Assembly (NCBI RefSeq): GCF_001194135.2
Contig: NC_068999.1
Location: 47,126,021-47,190,020, forward strand
Direction: 5' to 3'
DNA from: Octopus bimaculoides
Lineage: Eukaryota
DNA length: 64,000 nt
The translations under genes and the position numbers were made by a program. The notes beneath the pieces are model-generated. The model worked only from the letters and a program-made list of their open reading frames with translations, was not told where the DNA came from and did not search any database. Within the stretch, counting starts at the first letter, position 1, and each line of letters begins with the position of its first letter. This document shows, in pieces, positions 26,304-40,496 of the stretch.

Positions 26304-29300
26304 GGTGATGGTAGTAGTGGTTGCTTTTACCACATTCCTCATAACAAACCTCTGTTAATTCCTAGTCAACCCCCTCTGAATGTAGATCATTACCATCCAC
26401 CCCCATCACTTCATTTGTAATGTTATCTCGACAAACATCATTTTTTGCTTTTGTTTGTTTTTTTTTACTATACATTATCAGTCTTTTATGGAGAAGACTT
26501 GCAAGCGAAAGTGTCACTTGTTTGTGATGAAATATAAGACAATAACATATCGTCATCTTTTCCTGACCGGTATCCTCAATCAACTGGCATGGCATTGGTT
26601 GCGAGGAATATAAATGGGATGTTGTTGAAAGCAGAAAATGTTTTGCAGTTCTGCGATTGTTCGGTGACATCAGTGATAGTTATTGGAAATTTAATTTAAG
26701 AAAACAAATCATTAAATGTCTGAGGTTTTTTTTTTTTTTTTTTTTTTTAAGTTTTTTTTTATATGGCTGAGGCTGATCAAAATGCGTGCACGAAGGATTT
26801 TATTTCAGATGTTTGCGTTGGAATAAAGCGAGAGATTTGATACGGTTGTTTAGCATCTTGTAATTATAATCAAGACCATTATTAATTGATGCCACGTAAA
26901 AAGCACTCTGTCCACTCTGTGGGGTGGTTGGTGTTATGAAGAGCATTTAGCCATAAAAAAACCTTGCCCTAACAGACACTGAGGCCTGGTACAGTTTCCT
27001 GCTTAGCCAGCTCTTGTCAAACCATCCAACCCATGCCAGCATGGAATTGGGCATTAAATGATGATGTTCCCATTGTTATGCAAGCTTATATATTACATTA
27101 ATACCTGTGTTATGCTTATTTCCATCTGTTTAATAACTATTCAGCAGAAATATTAGAACTTATATATCTTCTCACACCATATGTTTAAGAGAAAAACCCT
27201 CACAATATACAATATTTGTCTTGCTTTCTGTCTCAAGTTATCACTTCACAGTGTATAAAATGTAACGAAATGTGTTTATCAGCAAATTTTCTGCAAGTGG
27301 TGGGTTGATTACCAAATGCTGTCTTTTGTTGGCCTAAACATTGTCAGTCTTTGTCCAGATCACTATATATGCACACACTCACCAGGACTTAGTTGGCCTG
27401 GGAGTACAGTTGAAGATAATTATCTGAGGTAGCAAGCATTGGGACTGAACTTGGAACCTTGTGTTTGGGAAGCAAACTTAACCACACAACCATGCTTGCA
27501 CCTTGTATTAGATCTCAACCCTTTTTCTGATTATGGGGTGGCAGTATAACTGGGTGGGCATATCTTGCTTACCCACTAAAAAAAATGTTGTATATNNNNN
27601 NNNNNTATATATATATATATTTTAAACAAATTGTTATTTTTATTCAAGATATTTTTGCTAGTCCTTAAAATGTACCATTTTATCCAGTTATTTCTTTGCT
27701 TTGGAAGATGTTATTGTAATTGTTCTTACTTTCCATTTTAATTCCAGCTTGGGTCGGATCTGTTACAATTGGAATGACTTTTCTCATGTCTATATTTGCA
27801 AGCATCCTTGCAGACAGAATTGGAATCAGAAAAGTTGGCTGTTTCGGAGCAATACTTTCCACTGTCGGTTTGTTGTCTAGTGCTTTTGTAACCCAATTAG
27901 AACTGCTTTATCTAACTTATGGCATCTTAATAGGTGTTGGTGGAGCTTTTATCTATTCTCCATCACTTGTCATCCTTGGACATTACTTCAAAAAGAAAAT
28001 GGGTCTTGTGAATGGTTTGGTGTCTTTTGGAAGTGCTTTATTTTCAGTTAGTTTCTCTCAGATTCTACCAGTTCTTATTGACAGAGTACAGTTAAAGAAT
28101 ACTCTGTTAATTTTGAGTGGATTGGATGCAACGATGGTGTTTTGTACATTTACCTGGAAACCAGTGTTAGTAAAAGAAAGCCCTATGAACCAACTAACGT
28201 TGTCAAGTGAGAGTATATATGAACATGTGCATGACTGCTGTTCTTGGACTAAAAAATTCCTCAATGTGGATATATGGAAGAACAGAGGTTATGTGATATG
28301 GGCGCTGTCTTGTGGCATTTCTTTGTTTGGTTATTTTGTGCCGTTTGTTCATTTGGTAAGTACTAGCCTATAAAAAGAACAAATATCTAAATTTCTTCAG
28401 ATCATTTTTATCCTTTGTTCTTTTCCTTTTAATTGAAAACTCAAGATGTGTTTGTTTTTTTTTTTGTTTTGTTTTTTTTCAATATTTACCATCATCATCA
28501 TTTAATGTCCCTTTTTCCATGTTGGTGTTGATTGGACAGTCCAACATGAAGTGACGAGCCAGAGGGCTTTGCTGAGCCCCAATGTCTGCTTAGGAATGGT
28601 TTCCATTGCTGGGTACTTTTTTTGTTTTTTTTTTTGTGCCACCACCTCTGGTGGGGGGTCACCATGTACCTGCAAGGCAAAACCCCCTCATCTGAGTGGA
28701 GTACAGTATTGAGAGATATGATAGTATGATGGAGGGAGAGGAGCAAGTGTCTTGCCAAAGAAGTGAATATATGGCTTCCCCATCTGAAATAAGAGAGAGA
28801 TGTGTGCAGAAATGAACATTTTGTTGTGCAAAAACAAAAGTTTTATTGTATGCTGCTTATTTTCGGGAATTTTGGATTCCAAAGTCTTTCTAGGTTTTTG
28901 CAGACCAAAGAGGTCATGTGATAATTCCACACCACTAAGCAATTAAATATCTCTATGGTACCTTGTACCATTAGAAATTTTAATATTAATATGAAGATGA
29001 CAGGTTTATGAATACAGATTGTATTAATGAAATGGAATCATCAATCAAATAAGTCATTGTATTAAAAGTGAATTAAATTATTTAATTACATAAACCAGGT
29101 ACTACATAGAGAGTTAACTGCAAATATCTGGAAATTGATAGCTGTAAGAACTTGTTCAGAAATGAGCATTTCTGTATCATCATCATCATCATCATCGTTT
29201 AACGTCCGCTTTCCATGCTAGCATGGGTTGGACGATTTGACTGAGGACTGGTGAAACCGGATGGCAACACCAGGCTCCAGTCTGATTTGGCAGAGTTTCT

Positions 29301-32300
29301 ACAGCTGGATGCCCTTCCTAACGCCAACCACTCAGAGAGTGTAGTGGGTGCTTTTACGTGTCACCCGCACGAAAACGGCCACGCTCGAAATGGTGTCTTT
29401 TATGTGCCACCCGCACAAGCCAGTCCAGGGGCACTGGCAACGATCTNNNNNNNNNNNNNNNNNNNNNNNNNNNNNNNNNNNNNNNNNNNNNNNNNNNNNN
29501 NNNNNNNNNNNNNNNNNNNNNNNNNNNNNNNNNNNNNNNNNNNNNNNNNNNNNNNNNNNNNCCCGCACAAGCCAGTCCAGGGGCACTGGCAACGATCTTA
29601 CTTGGCTTGCCGGGTCTTCTCACGCACAGCCCATTTCCAAAGGTCTCGGTCCGTAGTCATCGCCTCGGTGAGGCCCAATGTACGAAGGTCTTGCCTCACC
29701 ACCTCAGCCCAGGTCTTCCTGGGCCTACCTCTTCCACGGGTTCCCTCAACTGTTAGGGTGTGGCACTTTTTCACGCAGCTATCCTCCTCCATTCTCACCA
29801 CATGTCCATACCAGCGCAATCGTCTCTCTTGCACGCCACAACTGTTGGAAAATGGCAGCACTTAAATTTGAAGGCTCAGAATTTTTGGATGTTGGCTTAA
29901 GACTTTGGTACACATTCTTATTGGGAAATCTTTTTAAACCTTTCATCCAAGTGAAGTTGTTTCATATCCTTAGACCATTCCTTGTGTAACCTTTTCAGGC
30001 CTCAACTAAAGATTTATTATCTCAGGTTCCATCATGAAAGAATTGTCAATCTCTCTTAATTAATCATGATTAAATCTTTCATCTACATCTACTTTGTCTT
30101 CATCATCACTTCTGTTGTTTTTATCAGAATGTACCACTGTATCTATAATCACAGTCAGTATAGAGACACACAATTATATCTTATATAACCAACCATTATT
30201 GAGATACACATTAGATGTTTCTTTGTTGACTGTCATCCTTTCAACTAGATTCTTTTCACGAACCTTACTTGCTCTAGATCTCCAAACACATTTAACATAA
30301 TTCAAGTTACTCCTTAACAACTTTCTCTACTGATGCATGAAATCCTTTAAAACCATTGTCAGCATTTCCATTGGATGACATCTCATATATAAAGACAAGT
30401 TTTTGGTTGAGTGAAAGTTTGGCAATATAATTGACACATATATGGTTATAATAATGGACTTTCCTGTCATTAGACGATGTATGAGGGTTTGACAATTCCT
30501 TGCCAAACAACCACACAGATGATTTGTTTATAGTGATCAAATTTTTGTGTAGACGTAAGCTCACTCCCTAAGCTCAACAACTCTCTGGCAATGGGGTAGT
30601 GGCGACCCCTGCTGTACTCTTTCACTACAACTTACACTCGTTCTTCCTGTTTTTGTTGTACCTGTATTTCAAAAGGCCAGCCTTGTCCCACTCTGTGTCA
30701 CACTGTATCTCCCCAAGAACTATGTTAAGGATACATGTGTCTGTGGAGTGCTCAGCCACTTGCACGTTAATTTCATTCCCTTGATCAGATCAACTAGAAC
30801 CCTCGTCATCGTAACGACGGAGTGCCACAATAACCAGTTGCCCTTCTTCACATCAGCATCATGGAAAAGTAATTTATTTTAGTGTATAATAGATTTAGAT
30901 GTCTGCATGGGGCTCTACATTACAACCCATGTATTGGTTCACTCAGGGGTTTGTAGCCTGGTCCACTAAAGGAGCTTTTTTGCGATTACCACCAGATTAG
31001 ATAAATCCATACATTGTGCCTAAATGTGCGTGTGTGTGTGTATGTAGCTGTGTGGTAAGAAGCTTGCTTCCCAACAACATGGTTCCAGTTTCAGTCCCAC
31101 TGTGTGACACCTTAGGCAAATATCTTCTACAATAGTTTCGGACCAACCTAATCCTTGTGAGTGGATTTAGTAGGCAGAAACTGAAAGGAGCCCACCATAT
31201 GTATGTATGTTTGTTTGTCCCCCCCACACACACACACGCACCTTCGCTTGACAACCAATGCTGGTGTGTTAGTATCCCTGTAACTTAGCAGTTTGACAAA
31301 AGAGACCAATAGAATAAGTCCTAGGCTTACAAAGAACAAGTCCTGGGGTCAATTTCTTCAACTAAGACCCTTTAAGGCAGTGCTCCAGCATGGCTGCAGC
31401 CAAATGACAAACAAATAAAAGAATAGAATAACATATTTACACACACACACACACACATACACACACACACACACACACACGAGGGGGAAGAGGGTAGGAG
31501 ATAGTGACTAAATGCTCAGATGACATAATAGATTGGTTAAGTACACAGGTTTTTGACAGAGAAACCTGATTTTTATCTCTGATCTAATTAACTTGGATAT
31601 GTACTCACAATCATGAGTTTGTGAGCCAGTTTGCCCTAAATAAATAAACATCTGAGTTTTAAAAAAAAGAAACAAATATTACATAACAATGTATTATGAA
31701 TGCATAGTAATAATGAAGATGATAATCTTTACTACCAGAGGCACAAGGCCTGTAATTTGATGGGTAGGAAGAGGCTAGTTGATTACATCAGCTCAGTATT
31801 TGTCTGGTACTTATCTTGTCAATCCTGAAAGGATGAAAGGCAAAGTTGAAGGCTGTGGCATTTGAGCATGCTTGCATGGATCGGATGTGGTTTTATTGAG
31901 GCAGATTTTCTACACTTGGATGCCCTTCCCGTCACCAACCTGCACTTGTTTCCAAATGAGGTAATGTTTCTCCATAGTGAGACAGGTTTTTACAGAATAT
32001 TGGAAATTAATGATGTCGCTTGTGTGACAGTGGCACTCATTTACAGCTACCACACAATGTCAAGACACACACAAACACTCGTGCATACATACATACATAC
32101 ATATATATGACGACGTTGATGATGATGAACTTCTTTCAGTTTCCATCTGCCAAATTGCTCACAAAATTTTGATCAGCCCAGGATTATGATAGAAGAAACT
32201 TGCTCAAGATACCACTCAATGGGACTGAATCTGTAGCCATAGGGCTCGGAAGCAAATTTCTTACCACACAGCCTATATATATATATATATATATATATAT

Positions 32301-32831
32301 ANNNNNNNNNNNNNNNNNNNNNNNNNNNNNNNNNNNNNNNNNNNNNNNNNNNNNNNNNNNNNNNNNNNNNNNNNNNNNNNNNNNNNNNNNNNNNNNNNNN
32401 NNNNNNNNNNNNNNNNNNNNNNNNNNNNNNNNNNNNNNNNNNNNNNNNNNNNNNNNNNNNNNNNNNNNNNNNNNNNNNNNNNNNNNNNNNNNNNNNNNNN
32501 NNNNNNNNNNNNNNNNNNNNNNNNNNNNNNNNNNNNNNNNNNNNNNNNNNNNNNNNNNNNNNNNNNNNNNNNNNNNNNNNNNNNNNNNNNNNNNNNNNNN
32601 NNNNNNNNNNNNNNNNNNNNNNNNNNNNNNNNNNNNNNNNNNNNNNNNNNNNNNNNNNNNNNNNNNNNNNNNNNNNNNNNNNNNNNNNNNNNNNNNNNNN
32701 NNNNNNNNNNNNNNNNNNATATATATATATATATATACACATATATATATATATGTATATACATATATATATATATGTATATACATATATATATATATGT
32801 ATACACATATATATATATATATATATACACA

Positions 32832-32866
<35 letters not shown>

Positions 32867-33013
32867 GTATATACATATATAAGTTAGTTGAAAAATGTTT
32901 GTCACATCTTTCAATTGCTTTAGCAAAAACAGTTGAAATATGTGACAAACATGCTTCAACTAACCTAAATTCTGCTCGTACCTAAACACTCTTTGCACCA
33001 GTGCTTCGTTGTA

Positions 33014-33044
<31 letters not shown>

Positions 33045-33303
33045 TCTAGCTGGCCCTGTGCCGTCGAAAATGATGGCTAATTGTATTATTTTAAATTTGA
33101 AATGCTGTTTGAGTTTTCTTTTCAGTGTTGAATGTTCACCATCCCACTTCTATGGAAACACACACACACACACACACGCACATTCACATACCTCCCTTTT
33201 ACATACACACACACATATATTCACAGTTGAAACACTCCCACTACCAGTTTACAATCATCCCTTCCTTCCTTTCTCATTCATATGTTGTGATGGAGAAAAA
33301 CAT

Positions 33304-33342
<39 letters not shown>

Positions 33343-36300
33343 CGTCGGGCTTCTTTCAGTTTCCGTCTACCAAATCCACTCACAAGGCTTTGGTCGGCCC
33401 AAGGCTTATAGTAGAATGGGACTGAACCCGGAACCATGTGGTTGGTAAGCAAGCTACTTACCACACAGCCACTCCTGCGCCTACTGGCTGTTAACTTTAT
33501 CTGTGGTTAGACAATACAGTCATCTATTCAGCTTCTCAGGATCCTATGATCTAACAACATTGCAAATGTGTGTTATATTATAATTGAGAGTCTAATTTTA
33601 CCTGTGAATTTTCTGTGTGTGCATTAGAAATGATACTCAAGGACAGTGGGAGGTTGTACCAGACAAAAGATTAACTTGTTCAATGGCCTATTTTTCATTA
33701 TTAAGTTAACTTATTTTCCGCTGAATGGAGACTAACAGTAGAAATTAGTTAATGTGACCTAATATTTTAATGTATTTAGATACTCATGTAAACATTAATT
33801 TAAATGTCCATGTATGTATAGAAGCATCAAATGTGGTTGGTATTTTGCAGACAAAGTAAATTTCAAACACAGTAAAGCTGTACGAACAGCAGAAAAAGAT
33901 CGGGTGTTTATCCTGATAAGACAGAAAAAAAAAATTGCCGGCAGGTGGCTTAGCAAGTTTTTTCTGTCTTATGAGGGTAAAATACCCAATCTTTCTCTAC
34001 TCTTCTTAAAGCTTTACTGTGTTCGAAATTTACTTTCTTGTCTACAAAATGTGTGTGTGTGTGTGTGTGTGTATTAATGTTTGTTTTAATATTCTAATAA
34101 AGACAATTTTATATTAAATTGGAGGATTACTCAATACACTTTGTAGAATACAAATTTATTGTTCTTTAACAAGAATAATATTGGCAGTGACTTCAAAGTT
34201 TCAGCCATTGGATGACTAAAACTTCAAAGTCACTGTCACTGATGAACAACAATTAACTTACATCAATTATTATTTATTAATTCAATACAAATAGACTGCA
34301 TCCCATCTAACAGCTGTTTCTGCTTCCAATGTTGTATGGTATTGCCATTGATATGCTAAAAAATATTTCTCATATTTGGTTATAAAATACACCAGAAGTA
34401 TAATGGATTTTATCCCTTAGACAGTTAGCGAGGTCGTTGCCAGTGCCGCTGGACTGGCTCCTGTGCAGGTGACACATCAAAACACCATTTGAGCATGTCT
34501 GTTGCCAGTACCGCCTGACTGGCCCTCGTGCCAGTGGCACGTAAAAGCACTCACTATACTCTCGGAGTGGTTGGCATTAGAAAGGGCATCCAGCTGCAGA
34601 AACTTTGCTAGATCAGATTGAGCCTGGTGCAGCCTCTGTTCCAATCTATGAAATTCTATCTGGTCATGGGGAAATGTTACCTTACTTGGAAACAGTTGAG
34701 GGTTAGTGACATGAAAAGCATCCAGCTGTAGAAAATTTGCCTTATCCCTATAACATTCAGGTTAATTCATCAAATGTAATCCTTATTCATCTACATTTTA
34801 AAAAATTAGTCACATTTTATCTCATAGCCTTGATTTTGATGTGAATGTTCATTTTTAGATTAACATTGTAGAGTAGGTGTGAGAGGCTGGATCTGGCCAG
34901 TTTCAACATGAAACTGGTAGAATATATGGACTGGATATAGCCAGTTTAAATGCTAAAGGGTGAGAGTCCCCTTTATGCAAGTGGCATCCTTAAGTACCAA
35001 CCGTCTATAAAAATGTCTGGTCATGGGGAAATGTTACCTTACTTGGATGTAGGTGAGGGTTGGTGACAGGAAGGGCATCTGGCCATAGAAAAATCTGCCT
35101 TAATAAACTCCAACTGACCCATGTGAACATGGAAAACTGGACATTGAAACGGTGAGAAAATAATGAACTGTATCTTTTTATATGATACAAAATATTTCGA
35201 AAACCATTTTTTAAATTCCATTATTGCTTATATTATTCTAACCATTATCTTCATTAGCGTTGACACAATCCATCATTATTTGACCATGTCTTCATTGCAT
35301 TTATTTCATAATTAACAATATTATTATTTTTTTCTTTCATTAATCGTTAGCCTCTCTGCTATCATTGACAGTAACCTCATTGTGCCGTGTGGTATCTTAA
35401 CGAGTCCTCATCAACTGTTGCTTGAGTGCTGACAGTAATATGTAACTATGGCAACCTGTCATGTGACTCGTTAATATCGGAAAAGAAACAAAGAACTAAG
35501 TTGTCTTCTTATATCATTGCAGAATCATCACCATCACCATCACCATCTTCATCACCATCGTCATCATCATCATCATTGTTATCATCATCGTCAACATGTG
35601 GAATATTATTGGTTAGCTTGATGTTGATTCATGTTTAGCCTGGAGGAAGTAAATAGAATAAAGTATTTCATTATGAAGAAAATATCTCCTGCTTGAATAA
35701 AAGTATGTCATGCTAACCATTTAAAAAAATTTTTTATTTGGTGCTTTCAGTCAGCTCTCTTTGGGCAGATTGGTTGCAACAAAATCTAGAAATGGCTGAC
35801 AGGTACAGGTCTCCAGATTATCATCTAAGATCTTGGTACACATTCTTTCCTATGTTATTTTGTTGTTTGATGGAGTACCGAAAAGTTCCTGGCTTCAAGG
35901 GTGTCGCGAAAGGCTTGATTGGAAGCCCAACCTTCTGAGTTCTTTTATAGGGCTTAGAAAAACTGAAGGGCTACTGCAATAAGTGTGAATCTGAGATGGG
36001 AATATGTTGAATAAAATCATAATTAACTGATCCTTCTGCATTTTCTTTTACACAAAGCCAGGAACTTTTCATTCCCCCACCTCCTTGTGTAGGTAGTTTA
36101 GTGTTGCTGTTTCTACCTACTGTGTCCTTGTTTATTGTGCAGTCTATTTTAATATGACTGGAATTTTTTGATTGTAATGGTGCTGATTGTTGTTATTGTT
36201 ATTTAAGTTAACCGTCATTGAACAAATTTATTCTACATTTTTCATCATAAAAGTTGAGGTAGCACATAATGTGAACATGTAGTGTAAAGATTCAAACATC

Positions 36301-39300
36301 ATCTCAATCTGTCTAAATCCTGCTGCATTTCACATGGAATTTTTGATACTCCAAAGATGTCTCGGTGTATAAGTCAAGCTACCTTTTTTCTTTTTACTAA
36401 ATTTTGGTGTGAAAACTTTGACTTGTAAGCCAGAAAATACAATATATATACATTATATATACACTATCAAACATATACATACACTTACACACATGCTGTA
36501 TTTTCTGTTATGCAAGTCAACGTAGCATATAGTGTAAACATCCAAGCATTGTCCCTATCTTCTGTATGTATGGCCCTTGTCCCCTTTCTGTCCCCTTTCC
36601 ACCATCATTCTCTCCTCTCTCTCTCTCTCCACCTGAGCTATCCATGTTTCTCCTCCAATGCAAGACAATTGTTTTGTCCCTTAATACATTTCCCTCCCAA
36701 CTCCAACTTGTCCTGCAAATTACTTGGTGACCCCACTACCGTTGCATTTCATGTGGAATTTTTGGTCCTCCAGAGGAGTCTTGGTTTATAAGTCAACATC
36801 CCTTTTCTTTCCTCCCCCCCCCCCCCTGAAAATTTTGCCCTGAAAAATTCAACTTGTGTGCTGGCAACTCAAAGGCACTCAGCCATGAAAATCTTGCCTT
36901 TTCTTTTTCTGGGCCTTTTATCTAATGTAACCAACTTACTTGCACGTTAATTGTGTAAAAACTGTCCAACCCATGCCAGCATGGAAAATAGACATTAAAT
37001 GATGATGATGATGATAGCCTGACAAACAACTGGGTTATGATTATCTTGTAAATCATTTGATATCCAGCTGTTTAATAAGGTTTTATTCTCAACTTATCAT
37101 TGAAGTCTGATACTTGTAACTTGATTTGATACACATGGAATAAAACGTGTTTTACAATAATGAAAATGACTGACTAATGACCGATGAAACAACTGACTAA
37201 TGACTGGTGAAACAACTGACTAAAGACGGACAAAACAACTGACTAGCGATGGACGAAACAACTGACTAACAACCAATGAAATGATTGAATAGTAAAGAAT
37301 AAAACAATTAGTTAATGAAGTATGAAACAATTGAATTATGAATTAACTGAATGATAAATAGTGGAGGAACTGAAAGGTGACACAACTGAATTGACTGTTT
37401 TACGACTAATGTATATATTTACAGAAAACATAATGTTAACTAGTCCACTTAAATAGCATTAACAATCTTGCTAAACAAACACCCAATATAAACATAGCTG
37501 TCTTTTAAAACACACACACACACACACTAATATTTGTGTCATGTTAACTGAATGGTAAAATATTTCAGTTTGGAAGTTACAAAATATATATAAATAAAAA
37601 AAGTAAGATTTTAAAGAAAATAATTATTTTAATAAATTTCTTTATGAACTGGTAGTTGTGGCTGATTCTGGTGTCATGTAACTGGCACCTTTCAAGCTTT
37701 GGGCCTCACAGAGGCAATGACAAATGACTGAGGCCTTTGGCAATATGTCATGCTTGAGCAGATGACCCATCAAGCCAAGTGAAATCATAGTTGTGGCAGA
37801 CACTGGTGTCACACAACTGGTACGGGTGCCAGTGGCATGTAAAAAGCACCCGTTACACTCTTGGAGTGGTTGACATTAGGAAGGACATCCAGCTGTAGAA
37901 ACCATGCCAAATCAGACTGGAGACTGGTGTAGCTCCCTAGCTTACCAGCTCTGGTCAAACTGTCCAACCCATGCCAGCATGGACAACAGACGTTAAATGA
38001 TGATGATGATGATGATGCTAAATAAATTTCTCATTTATTTCAGATAAAACATACCCAAGATCTGTTTTCGGTTGAGAAAGCTCCATTCATATTGATGTCT
38101 ATACATATCACCTCGGGTATCAGCCGTCTTGTATTTGGAAAACTAGCCGACCACCCTAACATCAGCAGAATTCGTCTACAGCAAATAGCATTTTTCGGTT
38201 TTGGTACTGTCACAATGTTGATACCATTTTTACCATCATTCTATTGGTTAATTGGTGCTTGTTTGTGTATGGGAATTTTTGATGGCATCTTTATCTGTTT
38301 GTTGGGACCCATAGCCTTTGATATAGTTGGCCCAGCGAAAGCATCACAAGCAATTGGTTTCCTATTAGGACTCTTTTCTGTCCCCTTGATGTGCGGACCC
38401 CCAGTGGCTGGTAAGTTGACATCCAATTTTATCTCAGTCTTGAATTTTCATTCTATGACAAAATGTTTAATGTGTAAGAATAAGATGTTTACTGATTTGG
38501 GTTGTCATCAGCAAAACAATTTGGTATCGAGTTGTTTTGAAGTTGATGAATGCAAAACCACGAGTTTCATTTCAGATTTTAAGTGCAAAAATATTTATTT
38601 TTATCATGTAACAAAACAATGCATTGTTGTTTCTACTAGTGTCAGTGCACCAGTACCAGGCACCCAGGAGACTCCATGGAGTGGTTGGCATTAGGAAGAG
38701 CATCCAGCTGAAGAAACCATGGAACCTGGTGCTGCTCTCCTGCTTGCCAATTCTAGTCAAACCATTCCAACCATGCCAGCATGGAAAACAGATGCTAAAT
38801 GATGACAGTGATGTTGATGAAAACTCACTGTCCAAAGTATGATAAGCTTAACATGGCTGACAGACAAACAACTTAAAGAATAAAATTCAAAGAATTTGCT
38901 TCCCTCAAACAGTGTTTTCCATTTGAAGTTGAGTATTTAAATTGGCACCTAAGTTTACAGCCCATCTCAGTAGACAAGTGAATGAAACTTATATATCTCT
39001 ATATACCAGTGTCGCCTTGCTGGCACTTGTGCCGGTGGCACATGAAAAAACATTCGAGCGAGGTCATTGCTAGTGCCACTGGACTGGCTCCTGTGTAGGT
39101 GGCACGTAAAATACACCATTTTGAGTGTGGCCGTTGCCAGTACCGCCTGACTGGCCTTCGTGCCGGTGGCACGTAAAAGCACCCACTACACTCTCTGAGT
39201 GGTTGGCATTTGGAAGGGCATCTAGCTGTAGAAACTCTGCCAAATCAGATTGGAGCCTGATGCAGCCTTCTGGTTCGCCAGTCCTCAGTCAAATCGTCCA

Positions 39301-40463
39301 ACCCATGCTAGCATGGAAAGCGGACGTTTAACGATGACGATTATATTCATTATGCAGTGAGCTGGCAGAAGTGTTGGCACACCAGGTGAAATGCTTAGCG
39401 GTATTTCATCTGTCTTTACGTTCTGAGTTCAAATTCCGCCAAGGTCGACTTTGCCTTTCATCTTTTCGGGGTTGATCTAATCGATTGGTCCGCTCCCCCA
39501 AAATTTCGGGCCTTGTGCCTAGAGTAGAAAAAGATTATGTTCATTCATCAGATTTTTTCTGACGAAAGACTTGGTATTTATTGATCATAAAGTGTAACAG
39601 TTTGAAGATGATTTGGGATGTTTGAAGATATAATTAGTTGACATGGAGGAGGTGGAGACATTATGTTCTTAAATGAAATTCTGAATAATTAACCACATAT
39701 TTTCCTCCATCTTTAGGCTTTTTATATGATAAAATGAGGAATTACAACATTGCATTTCATATTGCTGGCACCACCCCCATTTTAGGATCGCTCATCATGT
39801 TCTTCATACCGAAAATAACTCAGGTAAGTGTAGTCGTTTTATATTTTATTTTTCCTGTGTGTTCTGCAAGTAGATGTGCTAATATGCAAATTGGTAAAAT
39901 CAGCAACTGTTACTTGAGTATTTTTTTAATAAATTGTCCACGACTGCTTCCTCCTTTTTGTAGGACAAATATGAATACATAATCCTGTTATGATGGCAAC
40001 AACCAGTTTGAAAACATTTGAGCTATTCTCAGATTTGACCTGAGAGAAAGAAAGCACGTGGTTTAATCATGAACTCTGTGTATCAAATTCATAAATGGGA
40101 ACTTATTTACAATTTATTCATAAGTGTGTGTGTGTGTGTGTGTGAGAGAGAGAAATATATGGATGTGTATTTTGAGAGAATGAATAAGTGTGTATGTGTG
40201 TGTGTGTTGATATCATCGCGGATCATTTCCCTTCTGCAAATGGTTGAAAGTTACTTTTTTTGTTATTAATAAAATAATGAGCATTTTCCAATTTTTCAAG
40301 GTTCCAGGACCTAGAAATGAACAGAAAGTTGTATGAGGCAAAGAATATATCTAAAAATTCATCAATTAAAATATTTTATTGCCATAATAAATTTTCATTA
40401 AAATCCAAACCAAAAATCATTGAATTTTCATATTATGTAGTTGTGTGTATTTGTATGTGTGTG

Positions 40464-40496
<33 letters not shown>

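Noticed and set aside
38411-38694. ORF extensions beyond the splice donors of the SLC16A10-like exons (also 20134-20213, 28356-28373, 39824-39982, 45676-45752)
   Set aside because: Intronic read-through; similarity to the family stops at the GT donors.
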